Positions 33,154 to 44,007 of a stretch of 64,000 nt of DNA are shown here, piece after piece (position 1 is the first letter of the stretch; each line of letters begins with the position of its first letter). The notes below the pieces were generated by a model. The model did not search any database and was not told the origin of the DNA. It saw only the letters and a list, made by a program, of their open reading frames with translations. Origin of the DNA: an uncultured Verrucomicrobiae bacterium (lineage in GTDB: Bacteria; Verrucomicrobiota; Verrucomicrobiia; Chthoniobacterales; Chthoniobacteraceae). The position numbers were made by a program, and so were the translations under genes. The stretch covers positions 539,115 to 603,114 of the forward strand of contig CAWHEP010000002.1 in NCBI GenBank assembly GCA_963828525.1. The letters run 5' to 3'.

Positions 33154-33489
33154 TTAGGCTTTGGCTTCCATCGGCTTCCGCACCGGGGCGGGCTTCTTGC
33201 GGACCGGAATCTTCTGGTAGTGCGCGCGGTACACGTCCGCATCCAGCTTGAACTTGTTCTTGATCTTGTCGATCAGGTGGGGCTCGGCGGAGAAGATGAA
33301 GTTCACGAAATAGCCGGAATCGAGCGGGCCGGCCGCATAGGAGAAGACTTTGCGCTCCAGGCGCTGCACCTGCTCCACTTCCGCGCCTTCTTTTTTGAAC
33401 TCACCTTCCAGGCGGTCGATCATCTTGTTCGCGCCTTCTTCGTTGCCCTTGGTGTTGAGCACCAGGAGGGCTTCATATTTGTTTTTCAT
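33154..33489 (-). CDS. rpsF: 30S ribosomal protein S6
   Basis: KYEALLVL..GYFVNF..L..DVYR pattern; directly upstream of ssb. Confidence 0.88.
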   Translation of the reverse strand: MKNKYEALLVLNTKGNEEGANKMIDRLEGEFKKEGAEVEQVQRLERKVFSYAAGPLDSGYFVNFIFSAEPHLIDKIKNKFKLDADVYRAHYQKIPVRKKPAPVRKPMEAKA

Positions 33490-33538
33490 GGGATTGTTAG
33501 TTTGGGGGGATGGAGCCCCCCGCTTTTGGCCAGGGTTG

Positions 33539-34099
33539 CTAGTTAAACTGGTTCATGGCGGCGGCCAGGCCATGCTGCTGCAGGCAGTCGATCGCCTCCA
33601 CGGCTCGCTCCAACGCCTCGTCGAGCAGCGGCTTTTCTTCCGCGCGGAATTTGCCCAGCACGTGCGGGATCATTTCCTCGCCGGGCGCCCCGCCGATGCC
33701 GACGCGCAGGCGCGGAATATCGCCCACATGCTGCAGGATCGATTTCATGCCGTTATGCCCGCCGGCCGAGCCATCGGCGCGAATGCGAAGGCGGCCCAGA
33801 GGCAGCGCCGCGTCGTCGAACACGGCCAGCACCTGCTCCGGAGGGATCTTGTAAAAATGGGCCAGAGCGGCCAGCGGCTCCCCGCTGCGGTTCATAAAGC
33901 TGCGCGGCTTGCAGAGCAGCACGCCAGGGGCAGGCGCGGCCAGTTCGGCGTCCCACTTCGGCTCGTGCCGAAAGGTGGCGCCGGCGCGCCGGGCAAAGCG
34001 GTCCAGGATCATAAAGCCCACGTTATGGCGCGTCGCCTCATATTCGCGGCCGGGATTTCCCAGGCCGGCGATGAGACGGAAGAGCGGTTCATGGGCCAC
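33539..34099 (-). CDS. pth: Peptidyl-tRNA hydrolase
   Basis: GLGNPG..Y..TRHNVGF, FMNRSG, GGHNG, RLRVGIG. Confidence 0.97.
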   Translation of the reverse strand: MAHEPLFRLIAGLGNPGREYEATRHNVGFMILDRFARRAGATFRHEPKWDAELAAPAPGVLLCKPRSFMNRSGEPLAALAHFYKIPPEQVLAVFDDAALPLGRLRIRADGSAGGHNGMKSILQHVGDIPRLRVGIGGAPGEEMIPHVLGKFRAEEKPLLDEALERAVEAIDCLQQHGLAAAMNQFN

Positions 34100-34129
34100 A
34101 TCGTGGGGACGCGGTGGAGTCGGCAGCCG

Positions 34130-34796
34130 TTACTTCTTCTCAGCTGCGCCTTCCTCTTTCTTCTCCTTGATGACTTCCGGCTGCGCGGCTGCGTGCGGCG
34201 GCGGCAGGCGCCACCACTTCCGCCACGGTGGGCTCGGCCACCAGGAACACCGTCAAGTCCTCGTCGTCCTCCGCGGTCACTCCCTCGGGAAGCGGGATAT
34301 CCTTCACGTGCAGCGAATCGCCGACCTTCAGGGCCGAGATATCGACTACGATGACTTCCGGCAGATCCCGGGGCAGGCAGGAGATGGAAAGCGAGCGCAG
34401 GCTCTGCTCCATGATGCCGCCGAAGCTCTTCACGCCTTCGGCCTCACCGGTGGGCTCGATGGGCACGGAGGCATGCAGGACCTCGTCCATCTTCACCGCG
34501 TGGAAATCGACGTGGGTAATGGCGCGGGTCAGCGTCTCGTGCTGCACTTCCTGGATGAGCGCCATGCGGTTGGTCGTCGCGCCGCCATCCTCGATCTCGA
34601 GTTCCACCAGGATGTTCTCGCCGATGGCGCGGCCGAGGACGGCGCCGATCTCGCGGGCGTGGATGGAAAGGGCGAGGGGGACATCCTTGCCGCCGTAGAT
34701 CACGGCGGGGACGAGGCCGTCTTTTTTGAGTTTATTGCCGACCGTGCCGCCGATCTGGGTGCGGGCGCGTGCGGAGAGTTTTACTTGTTTTGCCAT
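34130..34796 (-). CDS. rplY: 50S ribosomal protein L25/Ctc
   Basis: VPAVIYG, HVDF, GVK..GG, CLPRDLPE.I.VDIS.L; acidic/basic tail in a shifted frame. Confidence 0.95.
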
Positions 34797-34839
34797 AATG
34801 AGTTCAGTGCCGGGGGGCGTGGGTGACTGCGGATGCGGA

Positions 34840-35806
34840 TTAATATTTGGTGCCGTTGATCTCGAAGAGCGAGCTCACCGATTCGTCGTTGTGGATGCGT
34901 TTGATGCCCTCGCCCAGCAGCTCGGCGATGGGGAGCACGCGGATGCGGCAATCCTCGCTGGAACGGACCGGCACGCTGTTGGTGGTGATGAGTTCCTCGA
35001 TCTGCGAACCCTTCAGCCGCTCCAGCGCCAAATCCGAGAGCACCGCGTGCGAGACGCCGGCGTAAATGCTCAACGCGCCATGTTTCTTAAGGAGATTGGC
35101 CGCGCTTGTCAAGGTGCCGGCCGTCTCCGTGAGGTCATCCACCAGGAGCACTTGCTTCCCCTCCACCTCGCCGATCACATAGAGCGACTCGGTCTCGGTG
35201 GCGCTTTTGCGGCGTTTGGCGACGATGGCCAGGCTGGCGCCGAGGGCCTGCGAGTAGGCGCTGGCCATTTTCAAGCCCCCCACGTCCGGCGAGACGACGG
35301 TGATTTCCTGTCCCGCGAAACGCTCCCGCATGTAACGGATCATGACCGGCAGCGCGAAAAGGTGATCGACCGGAATATCGAAGAACCCGGCCACCTGCTG
35401 GGCGTGGAGGTCCATGGTCAGCACCCGGTTCACGCCGGCGGCGACGAGGAGATTGGCGATGAGCTTGGCCGTAATCGGCACGCGCGGCTTGTCCTTGCGA
35501 TCCTGCCGGGCGTAGCCGAAGAACGGGATCACCGCCGTGATGCGGTCCGCGCTGGCCCGGCGGGCGGCATCCACCATGATGAGCAGCTCCATCAGGTTCT
35601 GGTTGGTGGGCGGGCAGGTCGGCTGGACGATGAAGATATCCCGGCCCGCGCACGTTCTCGTTGATGCGGACGAAGGTCTCCCCATCCGGGAAGGAGCTCA
35701 CCGTGGCATCCCCCAGGGGCACCTGGATGAAATCGGCAATCTGCTGGGCCAGCGCGATGTGGGCGGAGCCGGAGAAGATTTTTAACTCGGGAGCGGAATG
35801 AGCCAT
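34840..35806 (-). CDS. prs: Ribose-phosphate pyrophosphokinase; frameshifted
   Basis: FPDGE, YARQDRK, DLHA.Q..GFF, VSPDVGG, VDD...TAGT. Confidence 0.97.
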
Positions 35807-36060
35807 GGGGTGCGAAACGGCGGGAGGTGGACTGTAGGGCTCCCGCTTGCGAAAGCAATGGGATTTTCCCTCGAAAAAGGCGTCCCCAGGGGGCTGGTTT
35901 CCCTAGTGGCAAATGCACTCCAGCCCGCTCTCTATCAGGCGATTCCCTTACTCAGGCCGGCGTAAAATTTTCCTTTACAGTGTAAACAGGCTCTCCTACC
36001 AGTCAGCCCATGGTTGCTTTGCAGCCGTACAAAAACAAACTAACCAAAGGAGAAAAACTA

Positions 36061-36660
36061 ATGAAAAAACTCATATTCGGTCTCGCGACCTCAGCAGTGA
36101 TCGCGGCGACTTGCTTTGCCGGTACGGAGACGTACTCAAGCGGCAAGGCTTCGAAGGAATATAAACAAGTCGAGACCCCGACCTGCTTCTCGGACAAAGA
36201 GATCCAGCTCGACGTGTTCGGCGCCTACCAGGTCGGCGAAGCCGGCCGCTCGGGGCCCATTCACGATCACGCCTGGGGTGGTGGTGTCGCGGCAAACTAC
36301 TTCTTCGCCCGTTACTTCGGCCTGAGCGTCGAGGGTACCTGGCTCGACGGCAAGGACGGCCGCGGCTCGACCTCGTCGGATATCCACAGCACCACGCTTC
36401 ATAGCGTGACGGGCAGCGCGATCTTCCGCTACCCGATTGACCGCCTCTGCCTGGCCCCCTACGTCTTCATCGGCGGCGGCGGGACTTTCGATGGCGCCAA
36501 GTGGGCCCTGGGCCACGTGGGTGTCGGCCTCGAATACCGCATTATCCCCAACAAGCTCGGCCTCTTTGCCGATGGCCGTTGGGTGTACTACGGTGACCGT
36601 TTCGGCAGCGACGTGCAGAACAATTTCTTGTTCCGCACCGGTGTCCGCATGGTGTTCTAA
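36061..36660 (+). CDS. Outer-membrane beta-barrel protein (8-stranded type)
   Basis: Signal peptide, amphipathic strands (APYVFIGGG, GVGLEYR), terminal aromatic residue (RMVF). Confidence 0.85.
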   Translation: MKKLIFGLATSAVIAATCFAGTETYSSGKASKEYKQVETPTCFSDKEIQLDVFGAYQVGEAGRSGPIHDHAWGGGVAANYFFARYFGLSVEGTWLDGKDGRGSTSSDIHSTTLHSVTGSAIFRYPIDRLCLAPYVFIGGGGTFDGAKWALGHVGVGLEYRIIPNKLGLFADGRWVYYGDRFGSDVQNNFLFRTGVRMVF

Positions 36661-36687
36661 GAACTGAGTTCATTCCTGAATTCCATC

Positions 36688-36724
36688 AAACGCCGGAGTC
36701 GCAAGACTCCGGCGTTTTTGTTTT
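36688..36724 (+). terminator. Rho-independent terminator
   Basis: aaacgccggagtc-GCAA-gactccggcgttt perfect stem followed by a T run. Confidence 0.9.
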
Positions 36725-36803
36725 GCCAGCGGGATTTTCGCGCGCAGATTTACACCGATAAGGAGCGAGGAAAGGCGCTTGCGCGTTCTATCTCCGGAAA
36801 CAA

Positions 36804-39800
36804 TCAGCGCGAAGCCAGCCAGGAGCCCAGGCTGGCTCTGCAGGTCGGCGGAAAGATCCACGCTGAATTCCGCGCCCAGCTTCAACCGCAGGCGGCGGCC
36901 TTCCCCATCGAAAAACTCCATGTGCACCGGCCGGGCTCCGGGGTGGCGCGCGAGCATCTCCTTCACCTCCAGGAGGTGCATTTCGGTCGTCCCGGTTCGC
37001 GGGAAACGCAGCAGCACCGGTGCCTGCGCCTTCGGCGCCGCGTGGCCGTTTCCATTCACCTTTCGGCCGGCGGGTGAGGGCTCCTGGATTTCCGCCGCCA
37101 CCAGCCGCGGCCCCTCCTCCCGCTTATCCAGGCGGGCGGTAAGGGCAACCGCCTTCCCTTGCTCCAGGAGCCGGGCGTGTTTCACGAAAGTTTCGTTCCA
37201 GACCATCACCTCCACCGTGCCGGTCAAATCCTCCAGCGTCGCGATGGCGAACGGCTTCGAATCTTTCTTGGTGAACTTCTTCTCGACCCCGGTAAACGCT
37301 CCTGCCACCCGGACCGTCCCCTTGTCCTCGGCCTCGCCCAGCGCGGCGATGGCCACGTAGGCGCCGCTCTCCAGTTCCGGGCGGTATTCGTCCAGCGGGT
37401 GTCCGGTCACGTAAAAGCCGAGCAGTTCCTTCTCGTAGGCCAGTTTGTCGGAGACGGGCCAGGGGGCCACCGGGGCGGTTATGCGCCGGGTGGGCGGCGG
37501 GGAATCCAGGGCGTCGAAGAGCGCCGTCTGCCCGCTGGCCTTGTCGCGCTGGGAGGAGGCGGAGGCGGCCAGCGCGTTGTCGACGTCCGCCGCCAGCGCG
37601 GCGCGCTCCATCTGCGTCCAGTCGAAAGCGCCGCACTTCACCAGGCTCTCGACCACTTTTTTGTTGATCTTGCGTGAGTCCAGCCGCCCGCAGAAATCCT
37701 CCAGCGATTTGAAAGCCCCGTGCTGTTTCCGCTCTTCCAAGGCTGCCTCCATGGCGGCTTCGCCCACGTTCTTGATCGCGGCCAGCCCGTAGCGGATGCA
37801 GGCGCAATCCTCCGCCAGCTCGGGCATGAATTTCAGCGCGCTGCGGTTCACATCCGGCGGCAGAATCTGGATGCCCATCCGCTTGCACTCGCCCACGAAG
37901 ATGGAAATCTTGTCCGTGTTGCTGATTTCGTTGCTCAGCACCGCCGCCATGAATTCCACGGGGAAGTTCGCCTTCAGAAACGCCGTCTGGTAGCTGATCC
38001 AGCCATAGGCCACGCTGTGGCTCTTGTTGAAGCCGTAGCCGGCGAATTTCTCCAGCAGGTCGAAAATCTCATTCGCCTTTTTTGGCCTCGATCTTGTTGA
38101 GCGTTGCGCAGCCCGCGATGAACTTTTCGCGCTCCTCGGCCATCTTCTTCTTGTCCTTTTTTCCCATGGCCCGCCGCAGATTATCCGCGCCGCCCAGGGT
38201 GTAGCCGGCCAGCACCCGGGCTGCGGCCATGACTTGCTCCTGGTAAATCAAGATGCCGAACGTATCCGCGCAGACCTCGGCCAGCAGCGGGTGGCGAATA
38301 CTTGATCTTCGTCTGCCCCTTCTTGCGCTTGATGTAGTCGGGGATCAGTTCCATCGGGCCCGGCCGATAGAGCGCGTTCAGGGCGATGATGTCGTCGATG
38401 ATCTTGAAGTCGAACTGCTTGCACCACGTCGGCCATGCCGCCGTCCAACTGGAACAGGCCGACCACCTCCGCCGCGGTTCAGGAGCTCGAACACTTTCGG
38501 GTCGTCGAGCGGGATCTTGTCGATGTCGAAATCGGGCTGCCGGGCGCGGATCAGCGTCTCCGCGTCGCGGATGACCGTGAGGGTTTTCAGGCCCAGGAAA
38601 TCCATCTTCAGCATGCCGAGATCGCCCAGCGGCGCCATGGAATACTGGCTCACGATGCTGCCGTCATTCGCGCGGGTGAGGGGGACGTATTCCGAAAGAT
38701 CGCGGTCGCTGATGACGACGCCGGCGGCGTGCACGCCGGTGTTGCGCTTAAGCCCCTCCAGCACGGTCGCGATATTGCCAGAGCTGGCCTACCGAGGGCT
38801 CCGTCTCGATCGCTTTTTTCAGCTCGGGATTCTTGTCGATGGCGCCGGGGATGTGCTCGATCTGTCCGGTTTCCTTGTTCTTCTTGTTGATGCCCTGGAG
38901 CGTGATGTTCAGCTCGTTCGGGATCATCTTGGCGATGCGATCCGCCTCGCCGTAGCTCATGCCGGTCACACGCCCGACGTCCCGCACCACGCTCTTCGCG
39001 CCCATGGTGCCGAAAGTGGCGATCTGGGCCACGGCGCGCTCGCCGTATTTCGTCCGCACGTAGTCGATGACCTCGCCGCGCCGGTTCTGGCAGAAATCGA
39101 CATCGATATCCGGAGGGCTGACCCGCTCCGGATTCAGAAACCGTTCGAAGAGCAGCTTGTAGAGAAGGGGGTCGATGTCGGTAATGCCGATCACGTAGGC
39201 CACCATGGAGCCCGCCGCCGAGCCGCGCCCCGGGCCCACCGGGATGCCATTCTGTTTCGCCCAGTGGATGAAATCCCAGACGATGAGGAAATAATTCACG
39301 AACCCCTGTGTCTCCAGCACCGCCAGCTCGCGCTCCAGGCGCTCGCGCACCTCCGCGGAGTCCGCCTTCGCGCCGTAGCGGCGGCCCAGGCCCTCCTCGC
39401 AAAGCTGGCGCAGGTATTCGTTTTGCGTGATGCCCTCCGGCGGGGTGTAATTCGGGTACTTCGGCTTGCCGAATTCCAGCTTCAGATCGCAACGCTCCGC
39501 GATGCGCAGCGTGTTCTCCAGCGCCTCCGGATACGCCGAGAAAAGGGCGCGCATCTCCGCCGGAGATTTGAAGTAAAGCTCCGGACTGGTAACGCATGCG
39601 GCGCTCGTCCGTGACGTTCGAGCCGGTGCCGATGCAGATCATGACGTCGTGCGCCTCGTGATGCGCCCGCTCGAGGAAATGCACGTCGTTCGCCGCCACC
39701 AGCCCCACGCCGAATTCCCGCGCCAGCGCCGGCAGCACCGCGTTGCAGCGCTGCTGCGCCTCGATGCCGTGATCGTGCAACTCCAGGAAGAAATTCTCCT

Positions 39801-40311
39801 TGCCCAGGATCTGCACGAAAGTGTCGAGCGCCTCCCGCGATTTCTTCGGCTGGTCGGCCAGGATGCCCTGGTTGATCTCCCCCTTCAGGCACGCGCTCAT
39901 GCCGATAAGGCCCTCGCTGTATTGCGCCAGCACCTCCTTGTCGATGCGCGGCTTGTAGTACATGCCATCCAGGTGGGCGATGGAGACGAGCTTCACCAGG
40001 TTGCGGTAGCCCGTCTCATTCTGCGCCAGCAGCGTGAAATGGTAGGCGGCATCCCGCGCGGAGGCGGCGTGCTTTTCCGTGAGCTTGCCGGGGGCCATGT
40101 AGATCTCGCAGCCGATGATCGGCTTGATCCCGGCCTTCTTCGCCTCCTGGTAGAACTCGATGGCGCCGAAGAGGTTGCCATGGTCGGTCATGGCGACCGC
40201 CGGCATGCCGAACTCGCGCGCCTTGCGCATGACCTCCGGGATGCGGTTGGCCCCGTCCAGCATGGAGTACTCCGTGTGCAGGTGGAGATGGACGAACGAG
40301 TCGGAAGCCAT
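36804..40311 (-). CDS. dnaE: DNA polymerase III alpha subunit; multiply frameshifted
   Basis: [71 protein letters not shown]. Confidence 0.98.
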
Positions 40312-40444
40312 GAGAAATGCAATATAGGACCGGCACTCGGGAAATTCGAAAACAGAATCGCACCGGCGGCGAAAATTCGGAGGCCGCATGCATCGAGCCG
40401 GGCTTGACAACCCGGGGAGTCCCGGCACGCTTGGCCTATCCCTT

Positions 40445-40963
40445 ATGAAAAGCGTGCTTTTCCGAAGCCTGGCCGCCGCGATGCTCTCCAGCCTGATGAT
40501 CCCCGCCGCTTTCGGCGTCCCGTGGACGACGGACTATGCCAAGGCCCTGGAGCAGGCGAACACGGAGGACAAGGCGATCCTGCTCGATTTCACCGGCTCC
40601 GACTGGTGCGGCTGGTGCATGAAGATGAAGCAGGAGACCCTGGATACCGCCAGGTTCCGGGCTTATGCGGAGAAGAACCTCGTGCTGGTGGAGGTGGATT
40701 TCCCGCATAACAAGCCGCAGCCGGCCTCGGTGAAGAAGCAGAACGAAACGCTGAGCCAGAAATTCGGCGCGGATGGGTATCCCACCTTCGTTCTCTTGAG
40801 CAAGGGGCAGAAAGTGCTCTGGAAGCAGGTAGGTTACCTGCAGGGAGGACCGGACGCATTCCTGGGCGAGGTAAAAAAAGTTTACCACCCCGCGGCGAGT
40901 TCTGCAACGGGCGATGATTTTGGCTCTTTCTTCAAGAAGCCGGCGGCGACTCCCGCGCCCTGA
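40445..40963 (+). CDS. Exported thioredoxin-family protein
   Basis: Signal peptide; FTGSDWCGWC; GYPT. Confidence 0.9.
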   Translation: MKSVLFRSLAAAMLSSLMIPAAFGVPWTTDYAKALEQANTEDKAILLDFTGSDWCGWCMKMKQETLDTARFRAYAEKNLVLVEVDFPHNKPQPASVKKQNETLSQKFGADGYPTFVLLSKGQKVLWKQVGYLQGGPDAFLGEVKKVYHPAASSATGDDFGSFFKKPAATPAP

Positions 40964-40988
40964 AGCGGCCCTCCCGCCAAAAAAGAGA

Positions 40989-41017
40989 TTGACGAGGCGC
41001 GGGTGCGTCTTTAGTTT
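40989..41017 (+). promoter_or_regulatory. Sigma70-like promoter of the SAM riboswitch operon
   Basis: TTGACG-17 bp-TAGTTT, 7 bp upstream of the riboswitch. Confidence 0.6.
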
Positions 41018-41024
41018 CCCCGCA

Positions 41025-41164
41025 CTCTTATCGAGAGTGACTGAGGGACTGGCCCGTTGAAGTCACGGCAACCGCTCGGTGGATTTGCGTCTGCAAATCC
41101 GCCGGGGACCAGGTGCCAAATCCAGCCTTGTGCCCCAATCCGGGGGCATTCGGAAAGATAAGAG
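41025..41164 (+). ncRNA. SAM-I (S-box) riboswitch
   Basis: CTCTTATCGAGAG..GAGGGACTGGCCCGTTGAAG..CGGCAACC..AGGTGCCAAATCC..GATAAGAG; P1 CTCTTATC/GATAAGAG. Confidence 0.93.
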
Positions 41165-41231
41165 GGCGAGCGGCGCATTGTCGTCGTTTCGTCTCGAATC
41201 TGGATTTCTCGGTAGGCGGCCAGACAGACCT

Positions 41232-42504
41232 ATGGACAAGAATTCCAGCCCTTATTTCACCACCTCAAGTGCCGCGAGTGCGGCCGCCAGTACCCCAAGG
41301 AGGCCATTCACGTCTGCGATTTCGACTTCGGCCCGCTCGAGGCGGCCTACGATTACGACGCCATCCGCCCGGTGCTCACCCGCGCAGGCCATCGAGTCCC
41401 GCCCGGAATCGATGTGGCGCTACCGCGAGCTGCTGCCCATCGACGGCGAGCCGACCGTCGGCACCCAGGTCGGCTTCACGCCGCTGGTCAAGGCGGACCG
41501 GCTGGCCAAGCGCTCGGCGTGCGCGAGCTCTACATCAAGAACGACACGGTCAATTACCCCACGCTTTCCTTCAAGGATCGCGTCGTCTCCGTGGCGCTGA
41601 GCCGCGCGCGGGAGATGGGCTTCACAGATCGTGGCCTGCGCCTCCACGGGCAACCTGGCCAACTCCGTGGCCGCCAATGCCGCCAGCGCCGGGCTGAAGA
41701 GCTACGTGCTCATTCCCGCCGATCTGGAGCAGGGCAAGGTGCTCGGCTCGCTCGTCTACGGCACGAACGTCATCGGCATCCACGGCGCCTACGACCAGGT
41801 GAACCGGCTCTGCTCCGAGATCGCCGGCAAGTACGGCTGGGGCTTCGTGAACGTGAACCTGCGCCCCTATTACGCCGAGGGCTCGAAGTCGATGGGCTTC
41901 GAGATCGCCGAGCAACTCGGCTGGCGCCTGCCGCGGCACACCGTGGCGCCGATGGCCAGCGGCTCGCTGCTCACCAAGATCAGCAAGGCGTACAACGAAT
42001 TCAAACAGCTCGGCCTGGTGGATGCGGACCAGCCCTATTCCATCCATGGCGCGCAGGCGACCGGGTGCTCGCCCATCTCCGCCGCCATCAAGCGCGGGAC
42101 GGATATCGTGAAGCCCGTGCCGAAGCCGGAGACCATCGTGAAATCGCTCGCCATCGGCACGCCCGGCGGATGGCTACTACGCCATCCACGCCATGAAGCA
42201 GACCGGCGGCTCGGCCGAGGATTGCACGGACGAGGAAGTCGTCGAGGGCATCAAGACGCTGGCCGAGTGCGAAGGCATTTTCGCCGAGACGGCGGGCGGC
42301 GTGACCGTGGCCTGCGCGCAAAAGCTCATCGAGGCCGGGAAAATCCCGCGCGACGAAAGCATCGTGCTCTGCATCACCGGCCACGGGCTGAAGACCCAGG
42401 AGGCGATCATCGGCAAATGCGGCGAGCCGCGCCTGATCAGCCCGAGCCTGCGCGAGTTCGAGGCGCTGGTCGCGGACGAAGTGACGCCCGTCGTCTCGGC
42501 GTGA
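41232..42504 (+). CDS. thrC: Threonine synthase-like PLP enzyme; frameshifted
   Basis: N-terminal CxxC (KCREC), MWRYRELLP, GFTPL, PTLSFKDR, CASTGNLA, RPYYAEGSK, ETAGG, TGHGLK. Confidence 0.88.
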
Positions 42505-42509
42505 TTTTT

Positions 42510-42630
42510 CAAGATGAGATGAAGATCAGGATTACGAGTAAGATTAAGAAAAAATGGAGGCCGGAGGGCCTCCTCGTCCTCTTCTGAAAATTTCCCGCTC
42601 TTAATCTTAATCCTGATCTTATTCCTAATC
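42510..42630. repeat. AT-rich imperfect palindrome built from hexamer units (AAGATT / AATCTT type)
   Basis: aagatgagatgaagatcaggattacgagtaagattaaga ... tcttaatcttaatcctgatcttattcctaatc. Confidence 0.7.
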
Positions 42631-42646
42631 ACCAAAATCTGAATTT

Positions 42647-42922
42647 ATGGCCACTACCATCCGTATCCCCACCCCTATGCGCAAACTGACCAACGACCAG
42701 GAACTGGTCCAGGCGTCCGGCGCGAACGTCGGCGAATTGATCGATGACCTGGAGAAGAGTTTCCCGGGCTTCAAGGAGCGCATTTGCGACGAAAGCGGCA
42801 ACGTCCGCCGTTTCGTGAACATCTTCCTGAACGACGAGGACATCCGCTTCCTGGAGGAGAAGAGCACCGCCGTGAAAGAAGGCGACGAGATCTCCATCGT
42901 GCCGGCCATTGCCGGCGGGTAG
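42647..42922 (+). CDS. MoaD/ThiS/CysO family sulfur-carrier protein
   Basis: IRIPTPMR, RFVNIFLNDEDIRF, C-terminal IVPAIAGG. Confidence 0.93.
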   Translation: MATTIRIPTPMRKLTNDQELVQASGANVGELIDDLEKSFPGFKERICDESGNVRRFVNIFLNDEDIRFLEEKSTAVKEGDEISIVPAIAGG

Positions 42923-43001
42923 GCTGCCCCATGCGGGTTCGCGCGTTCGCGGAGAATCCCCTCGACAGCGGTCGCGGGCCGCCGACAGTCTCTCCACCTT
43001 T

Positions 43002-43251
43002 ATGGCGCAAGAAAAGTCCCGCCTCTGGCTGATGTATCCGTCCCGCTTGATCACCCGCCCGGTGATCTACGAGCTGGCGCAAGGAATTCCAAATCGTGAC
43101 GAATGTCCGCCAGGCCAGCGTGACGCCGGAGGTCGGCATCGTCTCGCTGGAACTGGAAGGCGAGCGCGAGGAGATCAAGCGCGCCATCGAGTGGCTGGAA
43201 GAGCTGGGCATCAAGGTCGAGCCGGTCGAAATCAATACGATCGAGGGCTGA
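43002..43251 (+). CDS. Stand-alone NIL domain protein; frameshifted (only partly captured by the ORF track)
   Basis: LMYPSRLITRPVIYEL..FQIVTNVRQASVTPEVGIVSLELEGEREEIKRAIEWLEELGIKVEPVE. Confidence 0.82.
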
Positions 43252-43274
43252 GCCCGCTTTCGCTTTAAGCCCCT

Positions 43275-43938
43275 CTATGCCGCCATGTGCAGCGCGCGCG
43301 CCACGGCGGCGGTGCGCGTCTTGACGGCCAGTTTGCCGAAAATGTGCTCCACGTGCTTGTCCACGGTGCGGGTCGCCGCGCCGATGGCCTCGCCGATCTC
43401 GGCGTTGGATTTGCCTTCGGCGATCCGGCAGAGCACCTCGAATTCGCGCTTGGTGAGCCCGAAGCGCGTCATGGCTTCCTCGGACACGCGGGGTGGTCGC
43501 GCCGCTGGATGCCATGAGCGACTGCAGTTTGTGCTCCGCTTTGCGCTGCAATTCCCAATGCGTGAGGGCGATGGCGATGGAAGCGCGCAGTTGCTCCTTG
43601 CGGAACGGTTTGCTCAGAAAGGCATGCACCGGAATCCTGGCGGGCCGCCTCGACGGTGTTTTCATCGGAAATGCCGGTGCTGATGATGATCGGGAGCGGC
43701 TTTTCCGCGGAGATGATGCGGGCCGCTTCCAGGCCATCCATGACCGGCATGGAGATATCCAGAACCAGAAAATCGGCAGTCGTGTTCCGGACCATATCCA
43801 CCGTTTCCAGCCCGTCGCGCGCGACGCCGCCGATCTGGTAACCCATGTGGGTGAGGACGGAGCTCAGGGCCTCCACGACCGTGCTTTCGTCATCCGCGAT
43901 GAGGGCGGTCAGTTGCTTTGGAGTCCAGCGAGGTCCAT
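43275..43938 (-). CDS. Response regulator, REC + LuxR HTH; frameshifted
   Basis: IADDE, LDISMPVMDG, FLSKPF; LTKREFEVL..GKSNAEI..TVDKHVEHIFGKL. Confidence 0.9.
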
Positions 43939-44007
43939 CAGGGAAGTCCCCTAGACGATGTCCTGGAGTTCGCGCGCGAATGCAAGCCTGCCGTTATTCA
44001 AGCACGA

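Noticed and set aside
36804..40311. Split or intein-containing dnaE
   Set aside because: Total length of about 3.5 kb fits an uninterrupted DnaE and no intein motifs were seen
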